Of a DNA stretch of 64,000 bases, positions 53,301 through 62,300 are shown one piece after another. The translations under genes and the position numbers were made by a program. The DNA is taken from the NCBI GenBank assembly GCA_951406725.2, contig OX597823.1:4154001-4218000 (forward strand), in the 5' to 3' direction. This DNA comes from Octopus vulgaris. Its lineage: Eukaryota. Each line of letters starts with the position of its first letter. Position 1 is the stretch's first letter. A model generated the notes under the pieces. It made no database searches. It saw nothing but the letters and a program-made list of their open reading frames with translations, and was not told where the DNA came from.

Positions 53301-56300
53301 GGAGGACACTAATTCAGTTTACAACATCCATACACAAGCTTTCATTCCATTGAAGGAAGCAGTGGAGTCTCATGTCTTATCCGATAAGGATCGTTTTATG
53401 TTCCCTGATCACCCCAGCCCACTATCCATTCTGCAAGCCATAGAGGCAAATGTTTTAGACTCTTCTGGTACATTTATTTCTCAAAATAGAAGCTATACAC
53501 TAGCTGAAGGGCTAAAAACTCAGAAAGTCTTACCTTGCAATAATTTGAATGGTAAACAAATGATAGATTCACCCCAACTTCATCAAAATAGTGAAATGGG
53601 ATTTTTGAAAGATCCATTGGTATGGGATGTTCATTTAAAATGCTACATTCCTTTTAAAACTGCTGTTAAAAAAAGAATTTTAAATCCTGAAAATTTTACT
53701 TTATCCATTCCTGGAAACCAGCATCTTTCTTATAAAGAAGCTTTAGAAGTTTGTTATATCATTGATGCTGAGAAACCAAAACTCAGTTTAAAAGCAGCCT
53801 ATGAATATGGAGTATTTGATCCTCAGAGACAGATGTTTTGGGATCCTAGAATAGATGACCACAAGAATTTAACTGATTCTTTATCAAGTAATCTAATTGA
53901 TGGACAGACATCTTTGATTAAACATCCTGAAACTGGGTCTGTATTCACACTGTATGAAGCTTTAGAAAAGGGGGTGATTAGCAGTAAGACAATGTCACTG
54001 CTAAATAAATCTAAAAAGACAAGAATTTCTTTGGAAAAAGCTGTTAAATCCGGGTCTATATTTACCATTCCTGACCAACAAATTGACTTGGGAAGAGCAG
54101 TAAACATGAAACTTTTTGATTCCAATTCTAGTTGCATGTTGAACACTTCAACAGGAAAAAGGCAGACATTGAAGGAAGCCATTGCTTCAGGTTTTATAAA
54201 TATCAACCATACATTCGTTTCAGCTGACACCAAACAGCCTTTGTTATTGTCCAGCATTATTGAGGACAACAGGTTTGATCTAACAACAGGATGTCTTACT
54301 CAATCTGGCATCAGTTTAACTTTACAAGAGGCTGTGTTGAAAGGAATTATATTTGATCAGTTAAAGCCTTCAGAATTAAATAATAAATTGGAAAAGACAA
54401 AAAAGGCATTTCCTGATGTCATTTCAAAAGGAATGGCACTTGACAATGGGCACGGTGTGATGCCAAATAATTTCCAAAATGGTCTAGAAACTTCACAAGT
54501 TGCACCTCAGATATTCTTTCCAGTTTCAAATGGCGTTTCATCAAACTTTGTTCACACCATTCAAGATACACCTTCTATTGAACAAAACCCATCATTGGAC
54601 AACAGCTCTCTACATTCTCCAGAAACTTTGCAAAGTAAACTTTCTAATGTGCCAACTCCATTGTTGAATGATAATTTACCAAAAAGTAAAGAATTGTTGC
54701 AAGATGCAAGTGCTATGTCAAAGAATCCAAAATCTATGACATTTGCTGAATCACAACTTAAGCCAGAAAACATTTCCATAGGAAATGCAGTTAATAATGC
54801 AGAAGTGGCGCCATTAAAAAGTATTTCAAACTCCTCGCAACAGGCCTTGCTGAATCCTACTTTCACAGTTGATGTTAAGCATCCAGATTTAGAGAACTCT
54901 TCATCGAATGTACAAGAATTGTTTCAAAATCCACATTCTGAAGGAGTTGCAGTAAATGAAGCCAATTCTATTGCACTTCCTAAGAATCCTGTTGGCGGTC
55001 AAGAAACTTTGCAGGATGCTTTTTCTAAAGGAACAGTACTTGACCAGTCATCACAGCAAGCCACAGTTCCCAGAAGAACTGGATCAAAAGAAGAAGCATC
55101 TCCAAGACTACCTGATAGTTTACCAAGAAACCCAGAAAATCAACAGGTTAAACTTTCTGAAGGAATACAACTTAATAAGGATTTACTTGATACTTACCAA
55201 AAAGACCAAGAAATGATCCAAATCTCAAATTCTGTTCCAAATATTTCTGATAAAGCAGACTTGACAGCATTTCCTAATCTTGGCCCAAAGAATCAAAAGC
55301 AAACACAAGATTCGGCTTGTAAAGAAACAGGAGGAATAACAACACTCGATAGTTCATTAGGGATGCAGGAAGCTTTCCATCCTGTGGCTTCCAAAAACAC
55401 TGTATTTAATGAGGTACTAGACACATCACTGTCTGTTAATACATTAAAGAATCAGCCAACACTGCAAGACTTAACCTCCTTAAGAACTGTTTCTGATAAG
55501 GTTGAATGTATAGGAATGTCTGAAAGTTCTAGAGATGAGCAAACTTTACAGAATGCAACTGCTATAAAAACTGTATCCAAGAAGGTAGAAAGTGCAGATG
55601 TGTCTGATAGCATATTAACAGATCATGGAACCATCCAAGACATGGCACCAGCAAGGATTTTGTATGATATAGAAGAATACACAGAAGGGGCCGATACTTG
55701 CATTAGAACTCAAGAATTCCTTACAGTTTTTAAAGAAGTTATAGTGAAAGACTCTCTCTCTAAAATGCAACCTCTCAAATACCTAAAAGAACCAGAAACT
55801 TGGCAGGATGAACTTAAAAGAAATGTCTTTAATAAGGGTGAGTCTACAACACCACCTTGTGGTTCTTCAAGGAATCAAGAAAGTTTGCCATGTACAACAT
55901 CAATAGGAACTGATTCTGATAAAACTGATTCTGCGTCCTTGTCTGATAATTTCTTGAGAGATCAGAGAACTGAGAAAGAAACCATTTCTAATGGAATTTT
56001 ATTGGACAGTAAAAGTTTTGTTGAACCAGAGAATAAAGTAGTTGTGGCTGATGATATGAAAATGCTTCCTGATGAAAGGGCAAATTCTAAAAGTACCTTA
56101 ATTCTGCAGGAAATGAAGCCTGAATTGTGCAGTTTGTCTTTAATTAAAAATTCTTCAGCATCTGATGAAAAGATCATGCTGAATAAAGTACCGAAATTCA
56201 TACCCCAGAATATTTCAGTGAGCAGTGATGTGTCCAATGTCCTAGCGTCTGCCACAGAGCAACCATTACAAAGTCCCATATTACTCTATAACCCAGAACT

Positions 56301-59300
56301 TTCTCAACTGATGTTGCCATTAAATTTGAAGTGTTCTAAACCTGAAGCAACTTTGAATGATTATCTTGACAAAGGTTTGTATCAACCCGAGACAGGGTTT
56401 TTAATAGACCCCAACACTGGTAACTCTATGACAATACTGAATGCTTTGAAACTAGAACTTTTGAATCCTTTAGCTGATGAGATTTTGTGTCCTCAGACTC
56501 GAGAAACTATGAACATCCTTGTTGCCAATTCAATTGGCCTTTTATCATTGGAGAAAGGTAAATTTAAACACCCTGTGTCTAATGAAGTTATGAACCTTTA
56601 TGATGCCAAAAAGAAGGGGTGGATTTCAAAGGAGGATAAAGGGTTAAAGGCTCAAAATGCTGATCTAAGCCATTCTACAAATTCCAGTATGTCTGCAGGT
56701 GATAAAACTAACAACACTTATTCTGATTTGAATAATTCTGAGATAGAAAATATGAAACTAGAAGAGGCTTTTGCTTCTGGAATGCTAAGTCGATCAAATT
56801 CTCAAGTGATTGACCCTGATACTGTGCAATCAATTACTCTAAGAAGAGCTGCTAGTTTGGGTCTTATTGATATCAAAACTGGTATATTTAAAAACCCACA
56901 GACAGGGCAGTGCATGAGTTTGGCTGAAGCCCTTCACCAAGGTTTCATCATTAGTCCAAGTGGACTGACCCTATACAGTGCTGTTGATCAGGCTCTTTAT
57001 GATAAAGAGCTTGGGCTTTTCTGTGACCCTTACTCTGGAAAACACAATGATCTCGCTACTGTTGTTCAAAATGGCTTGATCACAGCCAGTTGTATGGAAA
57101 TTCGAGACCTTAATCAGGATTCCATCATAAATCTTCAAGAAGCTATCAAAAGAGGTATAATCGATCCTCATAAGGGAACTTATATTACTCCAGGGGATCA
57201 CAAAAAGCTGGACTTCATTGAAGCAATAGCAGCAGGATTAATAGTGAGCAACAGCACACGAGAAGGGTTGAAAGATTCTAATAATGCAGACTTCACAGAA
57301 ACAACCTCATCAGAAGCGGAGCCGATTCTTTCAGTTGATTCAAACCAAACTTCTCAGGGAACACCTGAGAATGCTGCTAAACCCTATTTGGAAAACAACC
57401 TGCCACAGAAACCCCTTGAAAGGGTTTCTGACTCAGATAATAAGGATAAACAACTTCCTCTGAATGGTTTACCTTCACATACAGACAAGAATATGGCGGA
57501 ATCATTTGAAACTACAGTACCTTCCAAACAAACTTCAGATATTCTGCATACAGAAGAATTTGCTGAAAATCCAGAATTTAAGAAACCAATAAATGATGCC
57601 ACAAAAGAAGCAATACAATTGTCTCTTCCTGATGGTCTGCCTGAAAGTGGATTGTCTGCCTCTCTGTCGCCGGTGTCATCTAACAGAATAGAAACTGTTG
57701 TTCCATCTGCTATTCAGTCCTCTCCAGATTTCTCAGCAGATAAAACTAACCAAATGCCATTTACTGACAAACCCCACCCTCAGCCAACTGAACCAATACA
57801 ATTAACAGATTCTAAGCAAACTAGCAGCAATAAGGAACCTAACCTTCTTGCAAATAAGACGGAAAACAATGTATTCCTGAGAGAGAAAAAAGATGTCAAA
57901 CCACGACCAAATTCTTGGAATCAGTTTTGGCAACAGTCTAGCTGTAAGGTATGGTTCTCCTTGGAATGGACTTGTTGAAGGCTTTCATGATGTGGTTTTT
58001 GCTTCATGTTTCTGAACTAACCTACTGAAAAATTCCTGTACTAACATTATGTACAGGTGCCATGGGCCTGGTTTGTGAAGCAAGAGCAGTTAGTTGAATT
58101 CCAGCAACAATCTCTCAATGGCCATTTTGTTTAACTTGCCCTCAACACAGTTGTCTGAATACTGTTTTACTAATGCTTTGAAAGCATCGATATTATAGTT
58201 TACTGACTTAATTTTTACTGATTGCTGCTTAGATTTCCTTTACCAGATTTGTTCTAATGTTTCTCAAACTTTCTATATGTATACATATAAGATTTCTTTT
58301 TTCTTTTTCTCTTGTAATCTCCGTCTCTGTCTACCTCTAGCATGTTGATTCATTCTATTCCCATCGTTGGTGGATATCTGTGTTAATATATGTGCTTTGA
58401 GTGGAAGTTTTTAAAAGCATGTCTACATCTTGCTCATATCAAAATGTCAAGTCTTGCCTATTAAACACTTCAGTACCATTCATATCTTGCAACTCTATTT
58501 TTAGTGAATATGGACAAGTATTTTCTTTTCCCCTTTTTTTAAAAAAAGATTTCCTAAAACAATTTTGGGGAATAATGATTATTAGTTCGTTAGCTTTCAG
58601 TGTAGATTAAGTGATTGGATGTTTATTTATTCATAGCTCATGTAAAACAGATATCTCATATCATTTCCAGTCTTCTCATGTTTTTTTCACAAATTCTTAT
58701 TCCATTTACTGTTGTGTCTGGGGAGAATCAAATCCAAAAACGAAATATTATTCCATTTAATCGTTTCATAATTTTTCAATCAACATTCTTTGCAATTGAG
58801 GAGTTCTTACATTGTGATTTTTTTTTTTTTTTACAAACATAAATTACTTTATTCATTTAACCATTCTTTAAACCAGAAACAAATGATTGGGAGGGAAAAA
58901 ACTAGAGAGAAAAATATCCTCATTTCTTTTACATTTCTTTCATTTCCTTTTTTTTTAAGTTACCAATTCCACAGAATTATTTGTCTTTGTGTTATAATCC
59001 TTTACAGACAAATATATTTCAAAGAATTTCTTTCTTTTTTTTCTTCTTTCTCTTCTCATTTCAAAATATATCCTTAGAAAACTTGCAAACCTAAAAGATT
59101 TGCTTTTTCTTTCTTTCTTTATTATTTCTCTTTCCAATAAATGAACAAAAAAATCAATATTTTTATTTTTGATATGAACTCGATGCAGTTTTCTTCCCAT
59201 TTTCATTATTTTTTTGCATGCGTTTCTGTGCGCGCGATATTCTAAAAGCCTAAGTGTCTTTTATTTTATTTTCATCTTAAACCACTCTTTACCCTTTTCT

Positions 59301-62300
59301 TTGTCTTTATTCCTCTTTCCCCACCATTTAATACATCTTCGTCCAAGTGTGTGTTTTTTTTTGTCCTTTTTTTGCCATCATTAAAATAACTGATTTTTGT
59401 GTTGGTAACAAATTTCGATATGACTTATATTGAAACATCCTGTAACATCTTGAACCAATATGAAGAAGCTACAAGATGTGACACCCTCCTCCAACACCTT
59501 TTCCCTATATTTCTCACTCATTTTTATTTCCTATTTAACAATGAAAGCTTTGTTTTACAAGTTATTGTGGACGAACTGGATATCCAATTATAAACAAAAA
59601 AAACATTTAATAACCCTTTGTTAGGTTGGTGCTGATTTTTGTTTGTTTTCTCTTAATTTAATTTTTCATAAATAATTACCTTGCTTTGGTATGCTTTCAT
59701 TTTCAATTAATATTTGTTGTTTTTTTGTTTTTTTTAACCTATAGAAACATTTTTACTTCAATTTGCTGCGACATAGGTGTAACACTTAGCATTAGCCCCC
59801 CAACCCCCTCCTCCCTTGCATGCATACAATTAGAAATAGACACAGCATGGAAATAAATTCTAGAGTTTCTTATCTGAGCATTTCAAATATGCTTTTATTT
59901 TACCATTCTCATATTTAATCATTTTTGCAGAAATTCTATTCAGTTTTTTTATTGTTGTTATTTTTCCCCCCTAATTTGTTTGAAATCAATTAAAAAAGAA
60001 TTAAATTTATTTTGAACATATTTCTAGCCTCAAATTCCAAATAATTTGTTTCTGAATCTGAATTTTCTTTTTAAAGAAACAAAAGACATGACTGTCTTCT
60101 GGTTTTAAGATCAAAAAAGTGTGGTGAGTTGACAGGAAGAGGATAGAAGATCTCTTCACAGTATATTCAGCTTTCACCTCTCTACAGTCTAGTTTCAATA
60201 CCTGTCTGGATTACTTTCATCTTTCTTCAGTCCATGGTTAATAATACATACCTGTAATATACTAGGTAACTAGCACTCTGTCAGTTACAACAATGAAAGT
60301 TCCAGTTGATCCAATCAACAGAACAGCCTGCTCGTGAATTAACATGTAAGTGGCTGAATATTCCACAGACATGTGTACCCTTAACATAGTTCTCAGAGAG
60401 ATTTAATATGACACAGAATGTGACATGGCTGGCTCCTTGAATTACAGGTACAATTCAGTTTTGCCAACTGTTCAGGGACATAAGGTGCCTCACTCAAAGA
60501 CATAAGGTGCCACCAAGAATCAAACTCTCAACCTTATGACTGTGAGCTGAATGCCCGAACCACCAAGCGACACACCTTCGCAACATACTAAGGGTACCAA
60601 TTGAGTCAATTCTATTCCTTCCCCTGCAAAACTGTGCCCTTCTGTTTGTGCAAAATGTAAGCAATGTCTGCTGTAAAAATGAATTTTGCTTCACATCCCA
60701 CCACATGTGGTTGATGTGCTTACTGATGCACCCATGCCTTTCGGTTCAATGCTGATATAATAAATATAAATGTACAGACTTTAGTCTGCTTCTAGACATA
60801 GACTGTAATCTGATTCAGTCTTTGTTCCTGAGTGTTTATTACTAAATTTGTAAACAAGGCAGCAAGCTTGCAGAATCCTGAGCAGACCAGACAAAATGCT
60901 TGGTGCTATTTCTTCTGGCGCTTTATGAAATTTTGCCAAGGTTGACTTTGGCTTTCATCCTTACATCCTTAGTCGATAAATTAAGTGCCAGTTCAGCACC
61001 ACTTATTAGATGTGAAAATAAATTACTATCAGATTGTGTCATGATAATTTCAGAACAGAAATGTTATGAAGAAAATTTATCATCTTTGAGATTGGTGTTT
61101 GACTGATGTATCCAAAAATCATTAGAATCAAAATGATATGAGGCCTTAAAATGCAAAGTGTTTTGAAGAGAATATTTGGATTTGAATTTGTGTTTTAATC
61201 CTAAGACCTTAATCAGTTTGATGGACCAAAAACCTCAATTAGAAATATCTAGTGAGATATCAAGAGATTCTCTCTGATGTTCTTGAGATGAGCTCCTGAT
61301 ATGCCACCATGTTATTAATTTTGCTTCAAGAATATTTTGTTGTACCATCAAATAAATACTGTATTATTTTAGATCTGTGTGTATTTATTTAATGCATGCA
61401 GTATTAAAAACTCTGAATTACATATAAATCTGCATTTGTTGGGGTAGAGGAGAACCAATATCAGTTGTTGGCTGAGACAACAGTAGACTTGCTCTCTCAT
61501 TGTCTGGTTTCTTCAGCAAAGTGTAGCAGTGAAGCCTTGTAGTTCTGGTTTACTTTTAACATAAACACTGTATGAAAGAATTTAAGATATCTGATTTTTA
61601 GTTGTAAAGTGTATGTTTTATATATATATATATATATGTATAATGTGTGTCTATGTGTACACATGTATTCCAGAAAAAGGCATTTGGTAATAATACTTCA
61701 ATAAGAGTATACTGGCTGATATTGAAGTGATTTCAGTTTGGTCAGGGGACCAATTCCCAATTTTTTTCAAGCCTTTTAGCTCAGGGTCAACAATTAACTT
61801 CACAGTGAACTTTAAGCTCTCAAGCTTTGAACCACAAAGAGGAATGGCTCACTATTGTAAGTAGTGTGAAATTCCTGACTGTCTCTGTTTTTATTTTAAG
61901 ATCAGGGAGTTTTTTTTTTTAAAGGTCACTCTGCTATGTTCAGGTCTTCCAATGGTTCTTCCATTGTTATGTCCATTTATTTCGGTCAGATTGAAGCTGA
62001 ATGAATGATATTTGTTGCAAAATAAATACCAACTGTCCAACCTCATTATTATTACATCATATTGTGAAATATAAGATACAGAATTTTAATAGTAACATTA
62101 TTTAATGTTGTTTAAAGATTTCTTTCTGATGAGTGTGCTTAACTTTTGCTTGTCATTCCACCTTTACTGCGCTTTCACTGTCAGACAATTTGTTTTGCAC
62201 TGGACACAGTTTTAGAACAGAAATAGTACCCCCTCCCCCTCGCACACACACACACACACACACTTATTCATCTCTTTGTTTGCATCATTGCACCACTTCT

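Noticed and set aside
32887-57978. The 4162-aa and 2508-aa ORFs as stand-alone intronless (epiplakin-like) genes
   Set aside because: Both have in-frame splice acceptors just upstream of the first ATG and consensus donors just before the stop, in phase with the flanking spectraplakin exons.
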